Shown: positions 10,318 through 20,764, numbered from the stretch's first letter. The stretch is DNA of 64,000 nt from an uncultured delta proteobacterium (GCA_963778115.1 CAVZSV010000004.1:2432001-2496000), one strand, 5' to 3'. Program-made: numbers and translations. Notes: generated from the sequence alone by a model not told the origin.

Positions 10318-11642
10318 AAAAAACATTCGTCCTAGACACTAGTGTCATTCTCTATGATCCGCAGTGTATCTTTCGATTCGATGACAACGTGGTGGTCGTT
10401 CCCATTACGGTCCTCGAAGAGATGGATCGCTTCAAAAAAGATCTCACGGAAATCGGCCGAAATGCCCGGCAATTTTCGCGCTATTTAGATCAGTTTAGAA
10501 AGAGAGGCTCCCTCACTCACGGAGTTGAGTTACCCAAGAAGGGAACTCTTATCGTCGACCTCTTCCGGGACTCGGAGAATTATCTCCCGCACCATATGTC
10601 CCATGAAAAGAATGACCACAGAATTTTAGCGGTCGCTCTTAAGATTCGACACGACAGGCCCAACATCCCTGTGATTTTCGTCACGAAGGACGTAAATTTA
10701 CGCGTTAAGGCCGATGCTCTCGGCATTAACTCGGTGGATTTCGAACCCAGTCGTGTAACGATCGAGGAGCTTTATAGCGGCCTCTTTCAATTCGATGTTC
10801 CGGGCGATGTCGTGGAAAATTTCAATCAGTTGAAGCGCTTTCCCATGAAAGAAAAGGGGCTTCATCCCAATGCTTTCGTGGTCCTCCGCGATCAGCATAA
10901 AGCCGACCACACGGCGTTGGGTCGTTATTCGGCGGCTACCGAGGAGATCATCCCGCTTAAGGTCCCCAACGACGGTGTGTGGGGAATTAAGCCGCGGAAC
11001 GCCGAGCAGGCCTTTGTCCTTGATGCGCTTCTCGATGATAACGTTAGTCTGGTGAGCCTAGTCGGAAAAGCTGGAACGGGGAAAACGTTATTGGCGTTAG
11101 CTTGCGGACTGCAGAAAACGATCGACGAAGGAAAGTACCAGAAGTTACTCGTCTCTCGCCCTATCTTTCCGCTTGGCAAGGACATCGGTTATTTACCGGG
11201 TGAGATAGAAGAGAAATTGAACCCGTGGATGCAGCCCATCTTCGATAACGTCGATTACATTGTGTCTTTCTCTCAAGGAGAAAAACCTCAGAAGCGTCCG
11301 GCGCGCCGGGCTTGGCAGGAGCTTATCAATCAGGGAATGCTCCACATAGAACCGCTGACGTATATCCGCGGTCGAAGTTTGGCGTATCAGTATTTGATTG
11401 TGGACGAAGCGCAGAACTTAACCCCTCACGAAATTAAGACGATCATCACTCGAGCAGGCGAAGGAACGAAAGTCGTCTTAACGGGTGATTGTTATCAGAT
11501 CGATAATCCTTATATCGACTCTTCCAATAATGGGCTCACCTATGTGGTAGAGAGATTTAAAAACGAGTCTATCTCGGCTCACGTCACTTTGACTAAAGGC
11601 GAACGATCGCAGCTGGCAGAGCTTGCGACGAATCTGCTTTAA
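10314..11642 (+). CDS. PIN-domain PhoH-family ATPase (PhoH2/YlaK-like)
   Basis: FVLDTSV and TKDVNLRVKA (PIN), GKAGTGKT, YIRGRSL, IVDEAQNLT. Confidence 0.92.
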   Translation: MKKTFVLDTSVILYDPQCIFRFDDNVVVVPITVLEEMDRFKKDLTEIGRNARQFSRYLDQFRKRGSLTHGVELPKKGTLIVDLFRDSENYLPHHMSHEKNDHRILAVALKIRHDRPNIPVIFVTKDVNLRVKADALGINSVDFEPSRVTIEELYSGLFQFDVPGDVVENFNQLKRFPMKEKGLHPNAFVVLRDQHKADHTALGRYSAATEEIIPLKVPNDGVWGIKPRNAEQAFVLDALLDDNVSLVSLVGKAGTGKTLLALACGLQKTIDEGKYQKLLVSRPIFPLGKDIGYLPGEIEEKLNPWMQPIFDNVDYIVSFSQGEKPQKRPARRAWQELINQGMLHIEPLTYIRGRSLAYQYLIVDEAQNLTPHEIKTIITRAGEGTKVVLTGDCYQIDNPYIDSSNNGLTYVVERFKNESISAHVTLTKGERSQLAELATNLL

Positions 11643-11761
11643 TCTAGACGGTAAGTAATCTCGGCGCATAGGTACCCTGTGGTTGGCGCAGGGATAATCA
11701 TCCCAGGTTTGAGCATTTAGCTTTTAGTGTTTAGTTTTTGTCATTTAGCATCCTCCCTTCC

Positions 11762-11789
11762 TTGACATATATATATGGTCATGTATCGT
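11762..11789 (+). promoter_or_regulatory. Sigma70-type promoter overlapped by a palindromic operator candidate
   Basis: TTGACA, 16 nt, TATCGT. TGAC-ATATATATAT-G-GTCA quasi-palindrome at 11763-11781. Confidence 0.5.
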
Positions 11790-11830
11790 ATTCGTAGACG
11801 TTGGATCAGGTAAAAATGGGAGACCCCTTC

Positions 11831-12049
11831 ATGGAACGAAAAAAAGTTTCCACGACCGTCTACATCACGTATGACCAGAACGCGCTTCTTAAGGCGTTGA
11901 ATCAAAAAACCAAGGTGCCGATCGCGGAGTACATTCGCGAAGGGATCGATTTAGTGTTGGAACGTCATCGCAATCTTCTTCCCGGTCAGATGCTTCTGAT
12001 CCAGGAAGATCCGAAGCGCGGCGAAAGACGAATCCCAACGGATCACTAG
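11831..12049 (+). CDS. Small ribbon-helix-helix DNA-binding protein
   Basis: MERKKVSTTVYIT strand followed by two helices (KVPIAEYIREGIDLVL). Start could be 11816. Confidence 0.8.
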   Translation: MERKKVSTTVYITYDQNALLKALNQKTKVPIAEYIREGIDLVLERHRNLLPGQMLLIQEDPKRGERRIPTDH

Positions 12050-12097
12050 GGTTCTGGCTGTTCTATTGCCGGTTCCTCTAAGAGAGAAGTAGAAGTC

Positions 12098-13898
12098 TTG
12101 ACTCCTCCCGAACGAATCCGAAATTTTAGTATTATTGCCCATATCGACCACGGTAAGTCGACACTTGCCGATCGCATTCTGCAAATTACGGGTGCTTTAG
12201 CCGATCGCGAAATGAAAGAGCAGTTCTTAGATCAGCTCGACATCGAGAGAGAACGTGGAATCACGATTAAAGCACAGACCGTCCGTTTGAATTATGTAAA
12301 CGAGAGCGGCGAAGCCATGATCTTTAATCTTATCGATACGCCAGGGCATGTGGATTTTGTGTACGAAGTTTCCCGGTCGTTCGCCGCCTGCGAAGGGGCT
12401 ATTCTTGTCGTGGATGCAAGTCAGGGCGTGGAAGCCCAAACCCTCGCTAACGTTTACCTCGCTATCGACAACAATCTCGAAATTTTACCTGTGTTAAACA
12501 AAATCGATCTGCCCGGTGCGGACATTGAACGCACCAAGCAGGAAATTGAAGATTTGATCGGAATATCGACGGAAAATGCAGTTTGTATCAGTGCAAAAGA
12601 CGGAAAAAATGTCGATCAGGTTCTTGGCGTCTGTCGCCAAATATTTTCATCCCCCTAAAGGAGACGCAGAAGCTCCTCTCCAAGGGCTGATATTTGATGC
12701 CTGGTTTGATGAGTATCAAGGTGTCGTCATTCTCATACGAGTGATGAATGGGCGCATCAAAGCGGGTGAGTATATCCGCATGTTGCACAATAAGACCGAA
12801 CACGAAGTTTTGAAGCTAGGTGTCTTTACTCCGCATGCTAAAGCCGTAAAGGAATTGAGCGTTGGGGAAGTGGGATTTGTTATCGCCGGTATTAAGGATA
12901 TTCGTGACGTAAAAATTGGCGATACCATTACGCTTAAGTCAGCACCCGCGGAAAAACCTCTGACTGGGTTCAAAGAAGTTAAGCCGATGGTCTTTAGTGG
13001 AATCTATCCGACCGAGAGTTCGGAGTTTCCCGAGCTTAAGATGGCGATGGAAAAGCTTAGCCTTAATGATAGTGCTTTTACTTTCGAAACGGAAAACTCG
13101 GATGCCCTTGGTTTTGGATTTCGGTGTGGATTTCTGGGCCTCTTGCACATGGAGATTGTGCAGGAAAGGTTAGAGCGTGAGTTTAATATCGCTCTCGTAA
13201 CGACGGCCCCTACGGTACTTTATAAAGTCACTACGACCAAAGACGAAATTCTCATGGTCTATAATCCCTCGGATCTACCGGAGATCCAGCATATCAAGAT
13301 CATCGAAGAGCCCATCGTTCATGTCACGATCCACACTCCAGAGGAGTTTCTGGGAAATCTCATCAAACTTTGTGAGGAGCGACGGGGAACCCAGACGAAA
13401 TTTCAGTACCATTCTCCGAAGCGAGTTTTGCTTGAGTACGATATCCCTTTTAACGAAGTGGTCTTATCCTTCTATGACCGGTTGAAAAGTGTCAGTAAGG
13501 GGTACGCCAGCATGGATTATGAGCTGGTGCGGTTTGAGGAAAGCGATCTTGTTAAACTTGATTTACTTATTAACGGAGATCCCGTCGATGCGCTAAGTTG
13601 GATCGTTCATAAGGAAAAGGCCTACCATCGCGGCCGCGAGCTAGTGGTCAAGATGAGGGAACTTATCGAACGGCAAATGTTTGAAGTTATTATTCAAGCG
13701 GCTATTGGGAGCAAGATCATTGCTCGAGAGCGCATAGCTCCTATGAGAAAAAATGTTACCGCCAAATGCTATGGGGGTGACATCAGCCGGAAACGGAAAC
13801 TATTAGAACGGCAAAAAGAAGGTAAGAAACGGATGAAACAGGTGGGCCGAGTGGAAATTCCTCAAGAGGCATTTCTGGCCGCCTTGTCTTTGGATTAA
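12098..13898 (+). CDS. lepA: Elongation factor 4 (LepA), split by a +1 frameshift near 12626
   Basis: [20 protein letters not shown] and DTPGHVDF in one frame; [14 protein letters not shown] and [14 protein letters not shown] in the next. Removing one G in CTTGGCG restores a continuous ORF. Confidence 0.95.
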
Positions 13899-13900
13899 CG

Positions 13901-14554
13901 GTGTTCCTTCAAAAATACAGATCACTTGCCTCGGTTTTCGCACTGGCCACTTGTGCCGCATTATTTGTCCGCCTTTGCGTTATCGAAGATTTTCGCATTT
14001 CTTCGGACTCGATGACTCCGGCACTCTTAGTCGGTGATCTCGTCTTTGTGTTTAAGTCCGAATACAATTTTAGAATTCCCTTTACGAGTGTTCAATTAGT
14101 CCAGTTTTCCCTTCCCAAACCGTCGGATGTTGTTGCCTTTACTCTTCCGGATAAGGGGTTTCAGACCTTTGTGAAGCGAGTGGTCGCTGTCGAAGGCGAC
14201 AAAATAGAAATAAAAAACGGAATTCTGATCGTCAACGACGAGGCCGCTACCTACCAGCCTCAGCACGAGCCAAGTGGCATCGACCAAGACCCTTCACTGG
14301 TTTGGGAAAAATTGGGGACCGCTCCTCCTCGACTTATCCACTGGAAAAGCGACGCAATGAAAGACTACGGGCCGGTGGATGTCCCTGACGGGCAGTTTTT
14401 CGCCATGGGGGACAATCGAGCTGACAGCATCGATAGCCGAGTTTGGGGGCCGGTTCCGGACTCTTGCCTCAAAGGCAAGGTGGAGTTAGTTTGGCTTTCG
14501 GTGAACTCCGAAGGAGGAGTTCGTAAAGATAGAATGGGTATCCGTATCAAGTAG
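13901..14554 (+). CDS. lepB: Signal peptidase I
   Basis: SDSMTPALLVGD (Ser), FVKRVV (Lys), MGDNRADSIDSRVWG. Directly after lepA. Confidence 0.92.
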   Translation: MFLQKYRSLASVFALATCAALFVRLCVIEDFRISSDSMTPALLVGDLVFVFKSEYNFRIPFTSVQLVQFSLPKPSDVVAFTLPDKGFQTFVKRVVAVEGDKIEIKNGILIVNDEAATYQPQHEPSGIDQDPSLVWEKLGTAPPRLIHWKSDAMKDYGPVDVPDGQFFAMGDNRADSIDSRVWGPVPDSCLKGKVELVWLSVNSEGGVRKDRMGIRIK

Positions 14555-14575
14555 ACTAAAGTCCAGAGACGAAAG

Positions 14576-14854
14576 ATGTCTGATGAAGATGTTAGAAATT
14601 ATCTAGCGAGAAAAAAGCCTGCGTCGACTCCAGCGGTCGCGCGTCCGCGCATGGCCGTGAAAAGGCGGCCTCCAAAAGCCGAGGCTCCCGATACGTTTAA
14701 GGATTTTTCGGCAAGCCATCTCTTGTGTCCCCGATGCAAGCAAGCGATGCCGGTCCGTAGTCGACTCCTACTCTATCTTCCTGACGGCGATCTGTACGAC
14801 TATTCCTGTACGGCTTGTGGAACTTCTTGTGGAACGAGAAAAGCCGAACGCTAG
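14576..14854 (+). CDS. Small zinc-ribbon protein
   Basis: CPRC...CTACG cysteine pairs; fills the gap after lepB. Confidence 0.7.
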   Translation: MSDEDVRNYLARKKPASTPAVARPRMAVKRRPPKAEAPDTFKDFSASHLLCPRCKQAMPVRSRLLLYLPDGDLYDYSCTACGTSCGTRKAER

Positions 14855-14868
14855 CGGCACTAACCTTT

Positions 14869-15435
14869 CTAATCTTCCTGAGCCCCGTCCCGCACGTGGA
14901 CTAGTTTTCCCGTCTGATCGATGGTCCATACGTCAATGCCGGTGTTGGGGAAGCTAGTCCCCACCGCCATGACTTTGAAGGCCTTTTTCTGAACGGAGCA
15001 ATCAGAACAGTATTTCTCCGCCATCTTGTCGAAGTCTATTTCTTGAACCTTGCAAAGAGCGTCGTATTTCCAAACCTTTTCGGGTTTAGATTCTTTCAAG
15101 AAATTTAACAGACGATCGGTGTCCTTAATGTCGGGCTTCGTATCAACTCCTGGGCTGGACGGCGCGACAAAACCGACTTTGTATTTGGACTCCTTTCCCG
15201 CGGGAAACGAATACCCCAAAGCGGAAAGATCGCTAGTATAGAATCCATGCTTTGCATGAAATTTCATCTCATCGGTCCTTAGACCCATCAAATTTATCTT
15301 AGCTTCATTTTGAGCGGCTCGAGTCATGTTCCTGCGGGCTAGCGTTAAGGGATCATCGTAACCCAACGCGATTTGGCTTAGAAAATGAAGAACAGAGGTG
15401 ATTAGAAACAGCAGACTCCAGTGACGAGTTCGCAT
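14869..15435 (-). CDS. Secreted type IV pilin-like protein lacking a class III signal
   Basis: ATG at 15435 after AAAGGAGG; Sec-type leader; RAAQNEAKINL...FHAKHGFYTSDLSALG; C-terminal DVWTIDQ. Confidence 0.6.
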   Translation of the reverse strand: MRTRHWSLLFLITSVLHFLSQIALGYDDPLTLARRNMTRAAQNEAKINLMGLRTDEMKFHAKHGFYTSDLSALGYSFPAGKESKYKVGFVAPSSPGVDTKPDIKDTDRLLNFLKESKPEKVWKYDALCKVQEIDFDKMAEKYCSDCSVQKKAFKVMAVGTSFPNTGIDVWTIDQTGKLVHVRDGAQED

Positions 15436-15448
15436 AAGATGTCCTCCT

Positions 15449-16936
15449 TTATTCTGCGGCGGTAAAGATAATATCCCAAGAGGTTGTATCAGCTCCGTCC
15501 TTAAGCTCGATGCCCATGGTAAGTAGCCTTTGGCGGATGGCATCGGAGGTGGCGAAGTCTTTTTTCTTTCGCGCTTCGATGCGATCGTTAATGAGTTTTT
15601 GTATGTCCTTTTCGTCTAAATTTCTCTCTTTGAGAGCCAAAGTCTTTAAGACTCCCAGATAGGCTTGGCTATCTTGTTGAAAGAGATTCACGACCCCTCC
15701 AAAGAGCGAGAGTTCCTTGAGGAAGGCTTCGATGGTGGTTTTGGATTCCAAGGAGATCTGAAAACCTTTACGATCCACCATGGCATTGAGCGATCGGACC
15801 AGTTCGAATAGCTGGCCCATGCTCCGTGCGGTATTGAAATCATCATCCATCGCTTCTCGCCATTTCGAGGCAAATTCAGTTACCGCTTTAGCAGCTTTGT
15901 TATCCTCAGTTGCAGGTTTGGCATTCGGATTCACCGGTTTTTCACTGAGCTGGTGGCACTTATTTATCGTGGAGTAAATGCGGTGTAGGGCCGCTTGGCT
16001 CTCTCGAAGATGTTGTGAAGAAAAGTCGATGAGGGAGCGATAGTGCCCCGATAGCAACATAAACTTTAGAATCTCAGCCGAATATCTTTCTATAAATTCT
16101 CGAGTCAGAAGAATATTGCCCAAAGACTTGGACATCTTTTCCGAACCCATATTGAGCATGTTGTTATGCATCCAATATCTAGCAAGCGGCTTTTCAGTTA
16201 CCGCTTCGGATTGGGCGATCTCATTTTCGTGGTGAGGATGAATGAGGTCCATCCCTCCCCCATGAATATCGAAGGTCTCACCCAAATATTCCATCGACAT
16301 TACCGAGCACTCGATATGCCATCCCGGACGTCCCAACCCCCAAGGACTTTCCCAGGCGGGTTCACTAGCCTCTTTGCGAGGTTTCCAAAGCGAAAAATCG
16401 AGAGGATCGCGTTTCTTCTCTCCCACTTCGACTCGGGCTCCTGCCAGCATGTCGTCAGGATTTTTTCCGGAGAGCTTCCCATAAGGAGTAAATTTTCTAA
16501 CGGCAAAGAAAACCTCCCCATCGATGACATAGGCAGCTCCCTTCTCTATTAGCCGCTCAATGAGGGAAATAATTCCGGGTAAATGCTCCGTGACCCGGGG
16601 CATTCGAGTGGGATGTTTGACGCCGAGCAGAGCCATATCCTTTTCGTATTCTGCGATGTATTTTTCAGTGATGGACTTAGAGTCGGTCTTCTCTTCTTTG
16701 GCGCGTTGAATAATCTTATCGTCGATGTCGGTGTAGTTCATGACATACACGACCGAAAAGCCTGAGAATTCCAAGTAGCGTCGTACTACATCAAAAAAAA
16801 CCAAAGGACGCGCGTTTCCGATGTGAATGAAGTTGTAGACCGTAGGTCCGCACACATACATGTGCACTTGGTTCGGTGACAGAGGAACCAAGAGCTCTTT
16901 CTTGCCGGACAGGGTGTTGGTGAGCTGAATCGCCAT
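15449..16936 (-). CDS. cysS: Cysteine--tRNA ligase
   Basis: YVCGPTVY, HIGN, GRPGWHIECS, KMSKS. Confidence 0.98.
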   Translation of the reverse strand: MAIQLTNTLSGKKELLVPLSPNQVHMYVCGPTVYNFIHIGNARPLVFFDVVRRYLEFSGFSVVYVMNYTDIDDKIIQRAKEEKTDSKSITEKYIAEYEKDMALLGVKHPTRMPRVTEHLPGIISLIERLIEKGAAYVIDGEVFFAVRKFTPYGKLSGKNPDDMLAGARVEVGEKKRDPLDFSLWKPRKEASEPAWESPWGLGRPGWHIECSVMSMEYLGETFDIHGGGMDLIHPHHENEIAQSEAVTEKPLARYWMHNNMLNMGSEKMSKSLGNILLTREFIERYSAEILKFMLLSGHYRSLIDFSSQHLRESQAALHRIYSTINKCHQLSEKPVNPNAKPATEDNKAAKAVTEFASKWREAMDDDFNTARSMGQLFELVRSLNAMVDRKGFQISLESKTTIEAFLKELSLFGGVVNLFQQDSQAYLGVLKTLALKERNLDEKDIQKLINDRIEARKKKDFATSDAIRQRLLTMGIELKDGADTTSWDIIFTAAE

Positions 16937-16941
16937 CGCTA

Positions 16942-17427
16942 TTATTTTTTTTCTTCTAGCAGTACAATCGCCTGGGCGGCAATTGCCTTTCGACTGCCAA
17001 TAGCTCCTAAGCCTTCCATGGTTTTAGCCTTAACACTAACGGAAGTGATTTCAATTCCCAAAATTCGGGCCACACTTTCTCGGATCTCCGTCCAGTGCTC
17101 TGCCAACTTGGGCTCTTCTAGAAAAATGATGGAATCACATTGAGCCACTCGCCAGCCCATCGCGTGAATTCGGTGTAAGACCTCTTTTAAGAATTCGGAG
17201 CTGGGACGATTCTGATTCTCTGGCTTACTATCGGGAAACCACTGGCCGAGATCGCCAAGGGCCATCGCCCCTAAGCAAGCATCGGTAAGGGAGTGCAGCA
17301 AGACATCTCCGTCCGAATGCGCTTCGACTGTGAAGTAGCACGAGATAGGAACTCCTCCGAGCGGAAACTCCGATCGGCGGATGGACGGAATTAAGCGGTG
17401 AATGTCGTATCCGATTCCGGTTCGCAT
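16942..17427 (-). CDS. ispF: 2-C-methyl-D-erythritol 2,4-cyclodiphosphate synthase
   Basis: GIGYDIHRL, HSDGDVLLH, VSVKAKTMEGLG. Confidence 0.96.
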   Translation of the reverse strand: MRTGIGYDIHRLIPSIRRSEFPLGGVPISCYFTVEAHSDGDVLLHSLTDACLGAMALGDLGQWFPDSKPENQNRPSSEFLKEVLHRIHAMGWRVAQCDSIIFLEEPKLAEHWTEIRESVARILGIEITSVSVKAKTMEGLGAIGSRKAIAAQAIVLLEEKK

Positions 17428-18152
17428 GTCGTTTCGCTCCTTTCTAATATGTTTTGTAAGACAGAGATCTCGTGATCGTAAGTCAGTTTGATGTTTCGAA
17501 CATCGCCTTCAAAAACCCCTACGGGAATTCCATAGTATTCGCACAACGAAGCGTCATCCGTAAAGCTAACACCGTCTTCGCTCTTGGCTCTTTCCATTAA
17601 AGAACGAATCATTCCGTATTCAAAAATCTGTGGAGTCTGGACCCTTTGAACCAAATTGCGATCCACCGTCTCCGTCACCTGATGGTTCTCCACCCGCTTA
17701 AGCGTATCCACGACAGGGACTACGGGAACCCAAGCACCGAAAGATCTATCGTGAAGTGCGGTTCGAATCCTTTCCAAAAAAACTTGGGAAAGGTAGGGCC
17801 GACACGCGTCATGAATCGCCACTCGAGTGGGCAAAGGCGTCATTCGCTCAACGGCTTCAAGAGCCAATCGCGAAGAGTCCTGCCGCTGACTTCCTCCTGC
17901 GATGAGAACCGCGTCCAATTCAGGGAAAAAAGACTCTAGCTGCTCTTTGGCAAGGCCCAGGTAGCTTTCCGGAACCACCACGATGAACTGGCGAAAACAA
18001 TCTAGTCGATGCAGCGATCGGAGCGCGTGAATAAAAACAGGAGAATTTCCCAGCCTTTGAAATTGCTTGGGAACGAATGAGACAGAATCCGAGCCTTCGG
18101 AAAAGCGCTTTCCGATACCACCCCCGACTAAGATGGCATCCATGACTTTCAT
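17391..18152 (-). CDS. ispD: 2-C-methyl-D-erythritol 4-phosphate cytidylyltransferase
   Basis: GGIGKRF...PKQF, HDACRP, VQTPQIF, TDDASL, NIKLT. Confidence 0.94.
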   Translation of the reverse strand: MKVMDAILVGGGIGKRFSEGSDSVSFVPKQFQRLGNSPVFIHALRSLHRLDCFRQFIVVVPESYLGLAKEQLESFFPELDAVLIAGGSQRQDSSRLALEAVERMTPLPTRVAIHDACRPYLSQVFLERIRTALHDRSFGAWVPVVPVVDTLKRVENHQVTETVDRNLVQRVQTPQIFEYGMIRSLMERAKSEDGVSFTDDASLCEYYGIPVGVFEGDVRNIKLTYDHEISVLQNILERSETTCEPESDTTFTA

Positions 18153-18168
18153 AAACTTGTGGTCACCC

Positions 18169-18667
18169 TCAAGTTCCGAAAATCGCTTCGAGCTCTTTTT
18201 CTACTTCGGCCTCTTGTATATTTTGAGCGAGAGAGAGCTCCTTTACCAATAGAGTTTTTGCTTGATCAAGCAATTTGCGTTCTCCAAAAGAGAGGTCTTT
18301 ATCGTGCTTAAGTAAGAAAAGGGCTCGTAAGGACTTCCGCTATTTCCTGCACCTGTCCGGTATGGATCTTCTCCATATACTCTCGGTAGCGCCGGTTCCA
18401 AGTTTGGTGATCGATAGCCGAGGGCTCCTTCTTTCGAAGGATCTTGTATACCTCTTCGACTTCCTTGGCTTTTATGATAGGACGCAGGCGTTGGCCTGAG
18501 TTTTCAATAGGAACAAAAACTTTCTTAGGGGCACCGTTATCGTGGATCTCTAGGATATAAAAACTTTGTTTTTTCCCTGGACTAAACTCACGTTCCTCGA
18601 TACCTCTAACAACTCCAACTCCATGGGAGAGGTGGACCGCGTTATCACCCACTTTGAATTGATACAT
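18169..18667 (-). CDS. carD: CarD/CdnL-family RNA polymerase-binding regulator, split by a +1 frameshift near 18331
   Basis: FKVGD..V...HGVG, WNRRYREYMEKIHTG. The next frame continues LRALFLLKHDKDLSFGERKLLDQAKTLLVKEL to TGA at 18169-18171. Gene order carD-ispD-ispF-cysS. Confidence 0.9.
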
Positions 18668-18846
18668 TTGCGTTAGCGACCTCTTTAGCGTTTTGGAGGC
18701 TTGCTTATATCACAAGTTACCATGTATTGCATTAGTTTAAGTGTTTGCCCCTCTAGGCTGTCGTCGAATTATTCCCAAAATCACAAAGGAATTCAGGGGA
18801 TTGTCGGCGAGACTTTTTCTTTGGAATTCGCTAGCTGAGGTATTGA

Positions 18847-19464
18847 ATGAATCCACATCCCCCTACACTTGTTTTAGCCTCACAATCTCCCCGGCGAAGG
18901 CAGCTTTTAGAGACGTTAGATTTGAAATTTCGAGTGGAAATTCCGGATGTCGAAGAGGCATCGGCGGAAGAAAATAATGTCGAACAGGTCACTCAAGAAA
19001 ATGCTTATCTGAAAGCTTCTAGCTGTTTATCCCGGCTCGGCGACGCTAACGAAGTAGCCTTGGGAGCAGACACTCTCGTCGTATTAGAGGGGGTGGTTTT
19101 GGGAAAACCCAAAGACCGACCCGAAGTGCTTCAGATGATGGAAAGGTTGTCCGGCCGAACGCATCGAGTGGTAACTGGAATTTGCCTAGTGTCCCCCCGC
19201 ATGGGAACTCGTAGGGCTCTGGACACTAGTTATGTCACGTTTCGAAAAATCACCGAGGCGCAGAGACAAGACTATGCGAACCTTTTAGAACCTTATGACA
19301 AAGCGGGATCATATGCCGTTCAGGGGTTGGGCGCACTTTTCATTGAAAAGATTCAGGGCTCCTATACCAATGTGATGGGTTTACCCATCGAACTTTTGAT
19401 GAAGGAGATGGCACTGCTCCTCCGTATTTCCGTGTTCGATCTCTTTACGAAAGTAAAAAACTAA
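18847..19464 (+). CDS. maf: Maf-family nucleoside triphosphate pyrophosphatase
   Basis: LASQSPRRRQLL, GADTLV, LGKP, DKAGSY, NVMGLP. Confidence 0.95.
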   Translation: MNPHPPTLVLASQSPRRRQLLETLDLKFRVEIPDVEEASAEENNVEQVTQENAYLKASSCLSRLGDANEVALGADTLVVLEGVVLGKPKDRPEVLQMMERLSGRTHRVVTGICLVSPRMGTRRALDTSYVTFRKITEAQRQDYANLLEPYDKAGSYAVQGLGALFIEKIQGSYTNVMGLPIELLMKEMALLLRISVFDLFTKVKN

Positions 19465-20144
19465 TGCCGGGCATTTCTGAGAGGTACTTTCAACTTCAAG
19501 AAGAGTTGAAGCGACTAGCCCCGGATCGCTCCATCAGCGTAGTTGGAGTGGTCAAGCACCAGTCGATCGAAACGATGAAAGAGGCGATTGCAGCAGGGAT
19601 CAAGGTACTAGCTCATAACTATGCGCAAGAGGGCAGCGAATCGATGAAAGAGATTCCGCGGGGAACGGTGCAATGGCATTTCATTGGGCACATTCAGAGC
19701 CGTAAAGTGAAGGAGTTGCCCCATTATGATTGTGTGCAAAGTATCGATCGGCTGGAAGTGGCCCAGCTCCTCTCCGATCGGATCGGGCGGGAGGCGAAAG
19801 AGGACAGACGAATGCGCATCCTAATCGAAGTCAACGTAGGCGGGGAAATTCAAAAATCGGGAATATCCCCCAACGAGATACCCGAATTTGTAAAGGCCGT
19901 TGGGGAGATGCCGAACTTGAAGCTCGAAGGCTTTATGGCGATGGCTCCGATGCTTCAACCTGTCGAAGCACGGCGCCCTTTCTTTAAGCGGATGAAGCAA
20001 CTTTTCGATAGCTTTTCAGCACAGGGACTTACCACCCTATCGATGGGTACCAGTGAAGATTACGCGATAGCCGTGCAAGAAGGGGCTACCATGATCCGCT
20101 TAGGCACCTCACTCATTGGAGCCAGACCGGCAAAGCAAGCCTGA
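19464..20144 (+). CDS. yggS: PLP homeostasis protein (YggS family)
   Basis: WHFIGHIQSRK, IEVNVGGEIQKSG, LSMGTSEDY, GATMIRLG. Confidence 0.93.
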   Translation: MPGISERYFQLQEELKRLAPDRSISVVGVVKHQSIETMKEAIAAGIKVLAHNYAQEGSESMKEIPRGTVQWHFIGHIQSRKVKELPHYDCVQSIDRLEVAQLLSDRIGREAKEDRRMRILIEVNVGGEIQKSGISPNEIPEFVKAVGEMPNLKLEGFMAMAPMLQPVEARRPFFKRMKQLFDSFSAQGLTTLSMGTSEDYAIAVQEGATMIRLGTSLIGARPAKQA

Positions 20145-20223
20145 CTTGCCTCTACCAGGAATGACGAGGTGCTCATTTCAACCGCGGGTTGTTGTGCTAG
20201 TATCTCCCTCGAAGGAAAACTCC

Positions 20224-20757
20224 ATGTCACTAAAATCACTCGAACTTATCTCTGAAAAAATTACCCCCGTTGAGATTAAAAACAAGGAATTCAAGCGAAC
20301 CGTTTGGGGCTATGCGCCACAAGAGGTTGTGGATTTTTTAGATGCCACCGCGAAGGTGTGGGAGAAAGTGCAAAAGCACGAGAAAGAATTGTCGGACGAG
20401 ATCCGAAGGCTCTCCACCGAGTTAGAGAATTGGAAACGTCGCGAGACTGAGATTGACGAGCTTCGGGAACGAGCTCGAGAAGATGCCACCGGCATCCGTA
20501 ATCAGGCGACCCAAGAAGCGGAAGCTTTCTTCGCCGAGGTGAAAAGCAAAGCGGAAGAGGTTAGGGGGAAGACCGAGGAATGGTTGACCTCGGTAATCTC
20601 TGAAGTCGAAGAGACGGAAAAGAAGCGGAACGCTATTTTTTCGGCCATTCGAGCCAATCTAGATCAACATTATGATCTCTTAGAGCAGGCTGAAGCGGAG
20701 ATACGGCAAGTTCCCATAGCCAAAGGCGAAGCGGGCGAGTCTCGCCTTCTCACGTAA
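20224..20757 (+). CDS. DivIVA-domain coiled-coil protein
   Basis: ITPVEIKNKEFKRTVWGY...EVVDFLD followed by a coiled coil. Start chosen after AAGGAA. Confidence 0.88.
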   Translation: MSLKSLELISEKITPVEIKNKEFKRTVWGYAPQEVVDFLDATAKVWEKVQKHEKELSDEIRRLSTELENWKRRETEIDELRERAREDATGIRNQATQEAEAFFAEVKSKAEEVRGKTEEWLTSVISEVEETEKKRNAIFSAIRANLDQHYDLLEQAEAEIRQVPIAKGEAGESRLLT

Positions 20758-20764
20758 TCAAACC

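Noticed and set aside
10314..12049. PIN-PhoH plus RHH as a toxin-antitoxin pair
   Set aside because: The RHH gene is downstream, about 190 bp away, with its own promoter, while phoH is coupled to rseP.
12576..12660. Programmed frameshift in lepA
   Set aside because: No slippery sequence or stimulator at the shift point, and a similar indel occurs in carD.
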